Assembly (NCBI GenBank): GCA_032718475.1
Contig: JAUCBJ010003908.1
Span: forward strand, 1-52,261
Direction of reading: 5' to 3'
Source: Nemertoderma westbladi
Lineage: Eukaryota; Animalia; Xenacoelomorpha
Length of the DNA stretch: 52,261 bases
This document shows, piece after piece, positions 1 to 12,845 of the stretch. The number at the start of each line of letters is the position of its first letter. Position 1 is the stretch's first letter. The notes beneath the pieces were generated by a model, which was not told where the DNA came from, ran no database searches, and saw only the letters and a program-made list of their open reading frames with translations. A program made the position numbers and the translations under genes.

Positions 1-3000
1 GCACCCCCTTTGCCCCTTCGAAATGCTCAACTTGCCATGCAGCGCCCGCTTTGTGAGAAAGGTAAGACTTTGTTCGACGCCCTTGCCCGCCGTAAGACCT
101 ATAGATCAGGGTAAGCGTGACACCGCACTGGACGCCGCAAATTTAGGATCAAATAATTATATCCAGACACCCCCCCTTTGTCAAGTCCTACGAATCCCTG
201 GGTTAACCTGTACTTCCTACAGGTGCGAACTATTGCCATTCGTCAGTACGCGAGTACACATTAGGCACGGACAGCATACGTTCCATAATTTAGTGATTCA
301 TAGCACTGACTGTTTGGTACCGGTTCGCTTTGTAGAACGTACATTAGTACCCCCCCCCCCCCCCCTGTCTGGAGTTAGCTATTTGATCAGGCAAGGAGTA
401 TTTCTGCTACCGGCACACTGCTTGGCCTAGGGAGGTTTTATTAATATCCTACCGCGCCTTGCCACGTACTGATAGGTATTGCTGCTAACTACCGCAGCAA
501 CAAAGTTCTAGAATTAAATTAGTATACCAGATCAGCTAACGTACGGTAGCGATTAACCCCTATTCTTATCTTACAACCAGAATCTGGTATTAGTGCCGAT
601 CACGGGTGTAGTTACTAACACTGTGGTTGCCCATTGGGTTGTGGATAGGAAGGAGAGAGCTTTGACGTCATTCGTGAGTATAAAGTTCTACAAACGCGAC
701 TAGTTTATTTTAGTAGCTAGCGCACGGTATCATTTTAGTCAGAAAATCACTAAAACCTAGTAAAAGGAATTACACGAAATTGTTTTATTTGTAACACACC
801 CACACACACACGCCCTAAAACATATCGCCCTTAAAGTTCTACTAGCTATAGCGTACTATACATTACTTTAGGTGGAAATTATTTGTATTTGTAAAATTAG
901 GATCTGATTTAGTTGCGGCAAAATAAGGAGTATTTCACTTTCGTTATTAAACTGTTGTTTGTCTGGACAACGGTATTGTTACATTTAGGCCTGACCTTTT
1001 AGACTGATTTCGTACAGGGGGATCAGTTATCGTTACATTTAGGCACGACCCCTTTTCGACTGATTTAGGACTGTCAGTGTTGTTACGCTAGGTCTGTTAA
1101 CCCACTAGCTCGTATATAAACCATATAAATCACACCGCGGCAAGTTACTGTATTTAGGACTGTCAGTGATAGTTAGGATTCGCTGCGCGGGGATTGTTTT
1201 CCCGTGAGTTTGGTCTGTTACGGTAACTGTACATCTGCCTCACCGGTTAGAGGACAGGTATCCTTCTGTCTAGTACGTAGGCATTCGACCCGCTCACGTA
1301 CATAGAATAGATACAAGGCTCTGTTCCTCGCCAGTAGTCGTTTGTGTACTATATCTGTTTGTTTAGATATCCTGGACTGGGATTTGTTGTCAGATACTGT
1401 ACAAGCCCGTATACATTACTAGAGTCTCATAGTAAGATACATCGTTACTAGGATCTGGTAAGCGGTATACTACTGGACCCTTACATACTTGTTTTCATCC
1501 CGATCGTTTGATATCGGGTTTGACGTTAGACAAGACTGCATTTCCATAAAACCAATGGCCGTTAATAAAATGAAAAGGAATTACCACATTGCTTTCGAGC
1601 ACCCGAATGCGAAAGAAAGGCAAAACTGTTCAAATTGATCACAAACGATACTATTTTGGGGAAATCTTTGCGAGGTTTTGTTGATAGTGATTTAGGTGAC
1701 GAAGTGGAATTATCAACCATTAAAACGTTATTCGGAGTACCAACTCAGTTATCCCACGGTAACGAGTTTATAACAATCATACCGGAAAGGGATGTTAGCA
1801 CACCCCACTTGCATAGCGGCTCAGGCTTCAAGATCACTTTATATGATACTGGTGCAAAAGATGAAGTTATAACTGGGAATTATCGGCCACGAAACATTGA
1901 AAGCGTTGTATCATATCGGTTAGTCATATCTGGAGGAATCACTTTAGAAAGCCAGACAATAAAGTCTTTGACAATCAACAGGAGAATTGAAAACTTATCA
2001 AAGTTTGAAGTATTTGACTCTCTATTCGAACTTGCATACTTTTGCCAAGTAGCTGATTATCAGATTCCTACAGATACAACCCATTTAAAGGGGGCAGTGT
2101 GCAAGTTGTACTTAAAAAACATGAGTAAGTTTTGTAACCATTTTGGAGATCTCACAGGAAGCCCTGGGGTTAACAATCACTGCGTAGTTAACGCAACATA
2201 TTCAATGTCGAAAATCTCTCTGAGTAATGTCTTTCAAGTAGTTGACAATGTTCCTACATATGAGATGTCTGTTGGGGACAATTTGTCATTAAAGCGGAAA
2301 ATAGACAGTTACACCATCTACGAGCCGAGCCCAAAACTAAGGAGCACATATCGCACCTATAGTTTTACGGATGTGTTCAGTGATCTTTCAGAAGAAGAAA
2401 TCACAGTACTGAAGACGATTGGAAAGTGGCTAGTAGGAACTGATGCTAACGATAGAAGTCTCCTATGATTACTATCACAAATCACCAGTTGAGGACAAGA
2501 ACGGGAAGGAGCACTATGCGGGTAACAACTGGCGCATTATTAGATGGGTGAAAGAGGCAGCCAAGCTAGTATCTACTGACAATCCAAAAGGTTCCGAAAG
2601 TGGGATCCGATGCTTTTGTACCGCTATCAATCCAGATCCTCTCTGGCGTTATACTATGCTACTTGCATCAATTCCCTATATTAAAGAGACTTACAGGCAA
2701 TCCTTAGGCGATATGGGGCATTACAAGTTGGACCGCTGGTACTATTTGAAGAAACATGCATAGGGGAGATCCCTCCCTGTATGATGTAAAATTAGACGAG
2801 ATAAGGTTAATAAATTCGGTTGGATCTGTAAAACCTTCTACTCAGCCGGGACTTGAGCTGATGTATCCCCCCCCCCCCCATATGGAACGGAATTGAATTC
2901 AAATGTCCAGAACACGCAACCATAAGTGAAAGGGTCGCCTGGGGGAATCCCTACAATGATGACACTCAAAGAGCGCCATTTGCAGTAGCAGACTGGTGGT

Positions 3001-4659
3001 CCTTTCACGGCCAACTTGCAGAAAAGGACACAGTGCAGAAAATACCGCATTTCGAGCTAGAGACCGTCAAGAATGTTTTAAACTTCAAATACACTGTAAA
3101 GAAGCATACACAAAGCCCTTGTAAAGCTCGTATAACCAAGGAAGCCAACCTAGACGTGCCAATGAGTAACACAGATGCTCTATTGTGGCAGATTGCCTGG
3201 CCGGAGACAGCCCCACCAATCTCTACCAAAGATGGAATATTAGCCTTTCAACAGGCTAAGGACATACTATCGCAGTTTGGATTTTTAGACAGTACTGTAG
3301 CTGCCGAGAAAATAAGACATTTGATATCTACTAAATTGAAGAGTATATTGACGTCTACAAAGATGGTCGATGGGATGTTCGATGTGAGTTACTTGTTTTC
3401 ATCCCGATCGTTTGATATCGGGTTTAAAGTTGGACAAGACTGCATTTCCACAAAACCAATGGCCGTTAATAAAATGAAAAGAAATTACCACGTTGCTTTC
3501 GAAGCATCCGAATGCGAAAGAAAGGCAAAACTGTTCAGATTGATACTATTTTGGGGAAATCATTGCGAGGTTTCGTTGATAGTGATTTAGGTGACGAAGT
3601 GGAATTATCAACCATTAAAACGTTATTTGGAGTACCAACTCGGTTGTCCCACGGTAATGAGTTTATAACAATCATACCGGTAAGGGATGTTAGCACACCC
3701 CACTTGCATAGCGGCTCAGGCTTCAAGATCACTTTATATGATACTGGTGCAAAAGATGAAATTATAACTGGGAATTATCGGCCACGAAACATTGAAAACA
3801 TCGTATCATATCGGTTAGTCAGATCTGGAGGAATCACTTTAGAAAGCCAGACAATAAAGTCTTTGAAAATCAACAGGAGAATTGAAAACTTATCAAAGTT
3901 TGAAGTATTTGGCTTTCTATTCGAACTTGCATACTTTTGCCGAGTAGCTGATTATCAGATTCCTACAGACACAACCCATTTAAAGGGGGCAGTGCGCAAG
4001 TTGTACTTAAAAAACATGAGAAAGTTTTGTAACCATTTTGGAGATCTCACAGGAAGCCCTGGGGTTAACAACCACTGCGTAGTTAACGCGACATATTCAA
4101 TGTCGAAAATCTCTCTGAGTAATAGCCTTCAAGTAGATGATAATGTTCCTACATATGAGATGTCTGTTGGGGACAATTTGTCATTAAAGTGGAAAATAGA
4201 CAGTTACACCATCTACGAGCCGAGCCCAAAACTAAGGAGCACATATCGCTCCTATATAATACGGATGTGTTCAGCGATCTTTCAGAAGAAGAAATCACAG
4301 TACTGAAGACGATTGGAAAGTGGCTAGTAGGAACTGACGCTAACGATAGAAGTCTCCTATGATTACTATCATAAATCACCAGTTGAGGACAAGAACAGGA
4401 AGGAGCACTACGGGGTTAACTAACAACTGGCACACAATTAGATGGGTGAAAGAGGCAGCCAAGATAGTATCTACTGACAATCCAAAAGGTTCCGAAAGTG
4501 GGATCCGATGCTTTTGTACCGCTATCAATCCAGATCCACTCTGGCGTCATACTATGCTACTTGCATCAATTCCCTATAGTAAAGAGACTTACAGGCAATC
4601 CTTAGGCGATATGGGGCATTACGAGTTGCCCTGCTGGTACTATTTGAAGAAACATGCCT

Positions 4660-5540
4660 TCCGTGTAGGGCTTCCGAATCCAGTATTTTCCATGATTGGG
4701 ACAAACTCCCTTTAAATAGATTAGGTTATAAACAAAAAATGTATTACTTAACATAAGTTATTTGTAAACAAGAAGTGTATTTACTTTAATTTAATATCCT
4801 GAACTCGATTAAAATTACATTATTAGTTCACACTTTAAAATTAAACTATAAAAATGGCAAAATTAAAAGCGAATAAAATAAATAAGTACAGTACAGGGCA
4901 CCAGAAAAGGCAGGTTTCATCAAATTACATTCAAGATACATTAATAAATTGTTGATTAACATAGAACCACCATTCCTCTAATCCAAATATATTGTAGTAT
5001 AATACAGTATAATTGTATGGCTTTATACCTACAATATACTGCTCCATACAAATAGCCTAAGAGAGTGGCATTACCGGTAGCAATTTCCGCGGACATAAAA
5101 AGATAAAATCAGCGGACATAATGAGTAAATTCAACAGACAAAAAAAATTATTGTGGATCTAAAGCACTGTATCCTAGTGGACCAGTGAATCCTTTGACAA
5201 TCAGTGAATAACTAATACCCACACCCTCCTCACCCCCACCTCTCTCTCTCACAAACTCAGCTGTCCTACCAAACTAATGTTTTCTATACTATCTCCCTAT
5301 AGAACCTTGTATTACATCTAACCAATATTAGTTAACTTCTCTACCTACATGAAGGTCCTATGAATTTCGATGGTTAAACCAAATAATTCCACTCTTCTAC
5401 TAATGACTCACCAGCAGATAGCTTTTCCAGCGCCCTTCAATAATTGGCTAAACTATTCTTCACCATAAGGCAATAGCAAGAGGTTTAACAATGACCACTG
5501 TAAACCCATCCCGGTTAAAGGGACTCCAACATGTACTTAG
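4660..5540. mobile_element. 881-bp insertion in array copy B, flanked by TGCCT direct repeats
   Basis: aaaca-TGCCT(4655-4659)|tccgtg...cttag|TGCCT(5541-5545)-atagggaagat. Removing it restores the KKHAYREDP frame. No TIR or TG..CA ends. Confidence 0.75.
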
Positions 5541-6369
5541 TGCCTATAGGGAAGATCCCTCCCTGTATGATGTAAAATTAGACGAGATAAGGTTAATAAA
5601 TTCGGTTGGATCTGTAAAAACTTCTACTCAGCCGGGACTTGAGCTGATGTCAAAAATGTCTCGAAAAACAGCCGATATTGGTGAAGATTGCAAATCTAGA
5701 GCATATCCCCCCCCCCCCCCCCCCATATGGAACGGAATTGAATTCAAATGTCCAGAACACGCAACCATGAGTGAAAGGGTCGCCTGGGGGAATCCCTACA
5801 ATGAAGACACTCAAAGAGCGCCATTTGCAGTAGCAGACTGGTTGGCCTTTCACGGCCAACTTGCAGAAAAGGACACGGTGCAGAAAATACTGCATTTCGA
5901 GCTAGAGACCGTCAAAAATGTTTTAAACTTCAAATACACTGTAAAGAAGCACACACAAAGCCCTTGTAAAGGTCGTATAACCAAGGATGCCAACCTAGAC
6001 ATGCCAATGAGTGACACAGATGCTCTATTGTGGCAGATTGCCTGGCCGGAGACCTCACAGGAGATCTCACAGGAAGCCCTGGGGTTAACAACCACTGTGT
6101 GTGTAGTTAACGCGACATATTCAATGTTGAAAATCTCTCTGAGTAATAGCCTTCAAGTAGATGACAATGTTCCTACATATGATATGTCCGTTGGGGACAA
6201 TTTGTCATTAAAGCGGAAAATAGACAGTTACACCATCTACGAGCCGAGCCCAAAACTAAGGAGCACATATCGCACCTATAGTTCTACGGATGTGTTCAGT
6301 GATCTTTCAGAAGAAGAAATCATAGTACTGAAGACGATTGGAAAGTGGCTAGTAGGAACTGACACTAAC

Positions 6370-8339
6370 GATAGAAGTCTCCTATGCTTACTATCATAAA
6401 TCACCAGTTGAGGACAAGAACGGGAAGGAGCACTACGGGGTTAACAACTGGCGCATTATTAGATGGATGAAAGAGGCAGCCAAGATAGTATCTACTGACA
6501 ATCCAAAAGGTTCCGAAAGTGGGATCCGATGCTTTTGTACCGCTATCAATCCAGATCCTCTCTGGCTTTATACTATGCTACTTGCATCAATTCCCTATAG
6601 TAAAGAGACTTACAGGCAATCCTTAGGCGATATGGGGCATTACGAGTTGCCCTGCTGGTACTATTTGAAGAAACATGCATAGGGAAGATCCCTCCCTGTA
6701 TGATGTAAAATTAGACGAGATAAGGTTAATAAATTCGGTTGGATCTGTAAAAACTTCTACTCAGCCGGGACTTGAGCTGATGTCAAAAATGTCTCGAAAA
6801 CGGCCAATATCGGTGAAGATTGCCAATCTAGAGCATATCACCCCCCCATATGGAACGAAATTGAATTCAAATGTCCAGAACACGCAGCCATGAGTAAAGG
6901 GTCGCCTGGGGGAATCCCTACAATGAAGACACTCAAAGAGTGCCATTTGCAGTAGCAGACTGGTGGGCCTTTCACGGCCAACTTGCAGAAAAGGACACGG
7001 TGCAGAAAATACTGCATTTCGAGCTAGAGACCGTCAAGAATGTTTTAAACTTCAAATACACTGTAAAGAAGCACACACAAAGCCCTTGTAAAGCTCGTAT
7101 AACCAAGGAAGCCAACCTAGATGTGCCAATGAGTGACACAGATGCTCTATTGTGGCAGATTGCCTGGCCGGAGACAGCCCCACCAATCTCTACCAAAGAT
7201 GGAATATTAGCCTTTCAACAGGCTAAGGACATACTATCGCAGTTTGGGTTTTTAGACAGTACTGTAGCTGCCGAGAAAATAAGACATTTGATATCTACTA
7301 AATCGAAGAGTATATTGACGTCTGAAAAGATGGTCGATGGGATGTTCGATGTGAGTTACTTGTTTTCATCCCGATCGTTTGATATCGGGTTTGACGTTAG
7401 ACAAGACTGCATTTCCACAAAACCAATGGCCGTTAATAAAATGAAAAGGAATTACCACGTTGCTTTCGAGCACCCGAATGCGAAAGAAAGGCAAAACTGT
7501 TCAAATTGATCACAAACGATACTATTTTGGGGAAATCATAGCGAGGTTTCATTGATAGTGATTTAGGTGACGAAGTGGAATTATCAACCATTAAAACGTT
7601 ATTCGGAGTACCAACTCGGTTATCCCACGGTAACGAGTTTATAACAATCATACCGGAAAGGGATGTTAGCACACTCCACTTGCATAGCGGCTCAGGCTTC
7701 AAGATCACTTTATATGATACTGGTGCAAAATATGAAGTTATAACTGGGAATTATCGGCCACGAAACATTGAAAACGTCGTATCATATTGGTTAGTCAGAT
7801 CTGAAGGAATCACTTTAGAAAGCCAGACAATAAAGTCTTTGACAATCAACAGGAGAATTGAAAACTTATCAAAGTTTGAAGTATTTGACTTTCTATTCGA
7901 ACTTGCATACTTTTGCCAAGTAGCTGATTATCAGATTCCTACAGATACAACCCATTTAAAGGGGGCAGTGTGCAAGTTGTACTTAAAAAACATGAGTAAG
8001 TTTTGTAACCATTTTGGAGATCTCACAGGAAGCCCTGGGGTTAACAACCACTGTGTAGTTAACGCAACATATTCAATGTCGAAAATCTCTCTGAGTAATA
8101 GCTTTCAAGTAGTTGACAATGTTCCTACATATGAGATGTCTGTTGGGGACAATTTGTCATTAAAGCGGAAAATAGACAGTTACACAATCTACGAGCCGAG
8201 CCCAAAACTAAGGAGCACATATCGCACCTATAGTTTTACGGATGTGTTCAGTGATCTTTCAGAAGAAGAAATCACACTACTGAAGACGATTGGAAAGTGG
8301 CTAGTAGGAACTGATGCTAACGATAGAAGTCTCCTATGA
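6370..8339 (+). pseudogene. Most complete unit: putative endogenous negative-strand RNA virus (Bunyavirales-like) L protein C-terminal fragment, frameshifted
   Basis: Consensus across copies reads EVSYDYYHK...KKHAYREDPSLY...KTSTQPGL...KKHTQSPCKARITKE...LLWQIAW...GTDANDRSLL*, ~650 aa, no introns. The EDPSLY-x~18-QPGL spacing recalls the phenuivirus/hantavirus L ENPxVLY...HSPGV region. No SDD core motif is present. Homology is from recall only. Confidence 0.5.
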
Positions 8340-11300
8340 TTACTATCATAAATCACCAGTTGAGGACAGGAACGGGAAGGAGCACAACGGGGGTAACAAC
8401 TGGCGCATTATTAGATGGGTGAAAGAGGCAGCCAAGATAGTATCTACTGACAATCCAAAAGGTTCCGAAAGTGGGATCCGATGCTTTTGTACCGCTATCA
8501 ATCCAGATCCTCTCTGGCGTTATACTATGCTACTTGCATCAATTCCCTATAGTAAAGAGACTTACAGGCAATCCTTAGGTGATATGGGGCATTACAAGTT
8601 GCCCTGCTGGTACTATTTGAAGAAACATGCATAGGGAAGATCCCTCCCTGTATGATGTAAAATTAGACGAGATAAGGTTAATAAATTCGGTTGGATCTGT
8701 AAAAACTTCAACTCAGCCGGGACTTGAGCTGATGTCAAAAATGTCTCGAAAACGGCCGATATCGGTGAAGATTGCAAATCTAGAGCATATCCCCCCCCCA
8801 TATGGAACGGAATTGAATTCAAATGTCCAGAACACGCAACCATAAGTGAAAGGGTCGCCTGGGGGAATCCCTACAATGAAGACACTCAAAGAGCGCCATT
8901 TGCAGTAGCAGACTGGTGGTCCTTTCACGGCCAACTTGCAGAAAAGGACACGGTGCAGAAAATACTGCATTTCGAGCTAGAGACCGTCAAGAATGTTTTA
9001 AACTTCAAATACACTGTAAAGAAGCATACACAAAGCCCTTGTAAAGCTCGTATAACCAAGGAAGCCAACCTAGACTTGCCAATGAGTGACACAGATGCTC
9101 TATTGTGGCAGATTGCCTGGCCGGAGACACCCCCACCGATCTATACCAAAGATGGAATATTAGCCTTTCAACAGGCTATGGACATACTATCGCAGTTTGG
9201 GTTTTTAGACAGTACTATAGCTGCCGAGAAAATAAGACATTTGATATCTACTAAATCGAAGAGTATATTGACGTCTAAAAAGATGGACGATGGGATGTTC
9301 GATGTGAGTTACTTGTTTTCATCCCGATCGTTTGATATTGGGTTTGACGTTAGACAAGACTGCATTTCCACAAAACCAATGGCCGTTAATAAAATGAAAA
9401 GGAATTACCACGTTGCTTTCGAAGCACCCGAATGCGAAAGAAAGGCAAAACTGTTCAAATTGATCACAAACGATACTATTTTGGGGAAATCGTTGCGAGG
9501 TTTCGTTGATAGTGATTTAGGTGACGAAGTGGAATTATCAACCATTAAAACGTTATTCGGAGTACCAACTCGGTTATCCCACGGTAACGAGTTTATAACA
9601 ATCATACCGGAAAGGGATGTTAGCACACCCCACTTGCATAGCGGCTCAGGCTTCAAGATCACTTTATATGATACTGGTGCAAAAGATGAAGTTATAACCG
9701 GGAATTATCGGCCACAAAACATTGAAAGTCAGATCTGGAGGAATCACTTTAGAAAGCCAGACAATAAAGTCTTTGACAATCAACAGGAGAATTGAAAACT
9801 TTTCAAAGTTTGAAGTATTTGACTTTCTATTCGAACTTGCATACTTTTGCCGAGTAGTCGATTATCAGATTCCTAGAGACACAACCCATTTAAAGGGGGC
9901 AGTGCGCAAGTTGTACTTAAAAAACATGAGTTAAGTTTTGTAACCATTTTGGAGATCTCACAGGAAGCCCTGGGGTTAACAACCACTGCGTAGTTAACGC
10001 GACATATTCAATGTCGAAAATCTCTCTGAGTAATAGCCTTCAAGTAGATGACAATGTTCCTACATATGAGATGTCCATTGGGGACAATTTGTCATTAAAG
10101 CAGAAAATAGACGGTTACACCGTCTATGAACCGAGCCCAAAACTAAGGAGCACATATCGCACCTATAGTTCTACGGATGTGTTCAGCGAAAATAAGTCAT
10201 TTGATATCTACTAAATCGAAGAGTATGTTGACGTCTAAAAAGATGGTCGATGGGATGTTCGATGTGAGTTACTTGTTTTCATCCCGATCGTTTGATATTG
10301 GGTTTAACGTTAGACAAGACTGCATTTCCTCAAAACCAATGGCCGTTAATAAAATGAAAAGGAATTACCACGTTGCTTTCGAAGCACCCGAATGCGAAAG
10401 AAAGGCAAAACTGTTCAAATTGATCACAAACGATACAATTTTGGGGAAATCATTGCGAGGTTTCGTTGATAGTGATTTAGGTGTCGAAGTGGAATTATGA
10501 TGTTGAATGATGATGAATTGATGTTTTGACCTTTGAATGCATCTGAAATTCAGAACTCATTTTCTAAGATTTTCCAATAAAATTGTCAATTGAACAGTTT
10601 ATATGGCCTCTGTATGATCAAAAAGCCAACATATTTGTGTCATATTTCTGGTTTATATGGCCTCCAGTAAGACCGAAAAGCCAAACTCTGCCCCCCTGCA
10701 TCACGTTGACGACGTGGCTTAAAACTGTGGTTGCTTTACTCAGTTGAACTAAGGCTGCAGGAAATCAAATATTACAATTCGGTTTTGAATTTGATGTTTT
10801 GACCTTTGAACCATTCATCGGCTACAATTTTTGGAGTTAGCCAAAATATAACTGCATCCAGCTTCCTAAATATTTGGAAATCGATTAAAAAATCATTTTC
10901 TACCCCCACTAAATAGGCAATTGTGGTTCAAATGAGCCAAAAATGGCCCATCTACGACAAAGAGAAGTTCTAAAACTTGTAAAATACTTTTCCAATTGAA
11001 ATGCTTTATTACCAATAATTAGCTATTTGGAGCACCGATCACTAAATTTTTGTCCTGCTGGTGAAAATGGAACTAATTTTATTATTTTTGCGTTTTTTAG
11101 TGTCCTAATAGGATAAGCAATCGATTTAAGGGGTAGCAAGCTGAATCTGAGATGGTCAACCAAAAAATGGCCTCTACCTCCTACCTCTATTGGTGTATAT
11201 AACATAATATATATATATATAAGCCCGCCTCTGTAACCTGCTCATATCCCACAATTGGTAAAGTGGCCGTTTTTTGTTTTGGTTAGAATAGCCTGCTGCC

Positions 11301-11599
11301 ACCTGTAACTTGCTCCTTTCCTTCAATTGGTATATATAATATAATATATATATCGTTTAAGTGAAGCGAATAGATTTACATTAGAATTCCGTCCTGATGT
11401 TTTAAAATTTGTAACTAGTGGACGACGACATTTTGAAGATGTTTATATTCAAGAACTTCTGGACTATTATGAACTTCCAGAAAATCAATTGATGAGAGAA
11501 TGTTTACATGGGTCAACATATATGGACATAACTGATTGCTATAATTGAGAAATTAGCAGAATTGGAGGGTGAGTTAGGTTTAGATCATGAACCTATTAA

Positions 11600-12845
11600 T
11601 AATATTAATAATAATAAATTATTTTATTCCCAAAACTTCAAATATGTAAAATAATTGAAGGCAGCATGGAGGGTGGCCCCGGCTGATAATTTATGGGAAT
11701 AAGCGTCATGTATGGCAGACAAATCCTTGACCTACACTAATTACATTACTGGTATCCACTGGAGTCATATTGATGTTGTGCATACATACCCAATACATTG
11801 GCGCGTAGACACACACACACCCCATACTTACAATTACAAACACCATTATTTCACACATACTACACCACCCACACATACGTACACACATTAATTGTTTACT
11901 TTATCACAGTATATTCTAAGTTGTATAAGTTACTTGTTGCTATGTTATGGAGTCACGGTCATATATTGTATAATAGTGATTTTTAATGCTATCCATGTAA
12001 GTTTTTAGTTTTCGTATTTGTTTTAGAGTATTAAGAGATGCGTTCCAGATTTTTGTAGCACTGACAGTTAAACTTTTAAATCCGTAGTTGTTCCTAGTAG
12101 TAGGTATTTTAATATTATGTGTTCTGGGATTTATTAAGTATGCGTTTGTTCTTATAGTATTAAGAAATGGTAGTTGTAGTTTCTTAAATGGTGTACTTAG
12201 ATTAAATATATATTTGTAGTAAAATTTTAATACAAAGTATTCTCGTAGAGCTGTCAATGTAGGAAGTTTTGCTTTCGTTCGTAATTCGGTTCCTGTCATG
12301 TCCTTGTTTTTCTTGCTATACACTACCCTTAAGCCGTAATTTTGTATTTTTTCTAACCCGTAAAGTATTCCCTTTGCACCGTAACTGTTTTGTATTGAAA
12401 TTAGGACCTCGCAGCAATAGTTATGATATGGTAGGACTGTCGCCTTGTATATATTAAGTTTAGATTTGAGTGGTAACTGTCCTTTTATCTGTCGTAGTCC
12501 GGAGATTGCTTGTGTCATTTTATGTTTTATATCGTTGATGTGTTCCCTCCATTCCATTCTGTTGTCTATTAGTATACCTAAATATTTAATTGATTTGGAT
12601 TGGTTAATTATCGTATTCGGATTAATTTTTAAGACAATCTCCTCTATATCAGGTGTTCTAGAATGCGGGCTTATAAGCATGAATTCGGTTTTTTTATTGT
12701 TCAATTTTAGTTTTAGGTCTGAAAATATTTCTTCAAGTGCGAGTATGTGTTTTTCTAAGGTTTGTGATGGTTTTAGAGGATCCTTATTTGTACAGTATAT
12801 AAGTGTATCATCTGCGTACTGTATCAAGTGTATATCCGGTATATC
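11600..12845 (-). mobile_element. 5'-truncated CR1/L2-clade LINE (3' part of RT, 3' UTR, AATAAA and (TTA)n tail)
   Basis: ORF 11940-12899 has QYADDT, LKLNxKKTEFM, KYLGILID and YCCEV motifs. The UTR ends in aataaa plus tta repeats on the minus strand near 11600-11630. Confidence 0.88.

Larger units (their letters stand above)
1486..10498 (+). repeat. Tandem array of a ~1.95-kb coding unit (about 4.6 copies, some internally deleted)
   Basis: Landmark gatagaagtctcctatg recurs at ~2451, 4344, 6370, 8322, and aaacatgc at ~2752, 4650, 6671, 8624 (clean period ~1953 bp). The ORF track shows the same peptides repeatedly. Sharp boundaries at ~1486 (tacttgttttcatcc) and ~10498 (gtggaattat). Confidence 0.97.

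Noticed and set aside
23-430. 135-aa ORF at window start
   Set aside because: Crosses a repeat end and a poly-C run; no recognisable domain.
5491-6399. 302-aa ORF as a novel functional gene
   Set aside because: Chimera of an ATG in the insertion with an internally deleted array unit.
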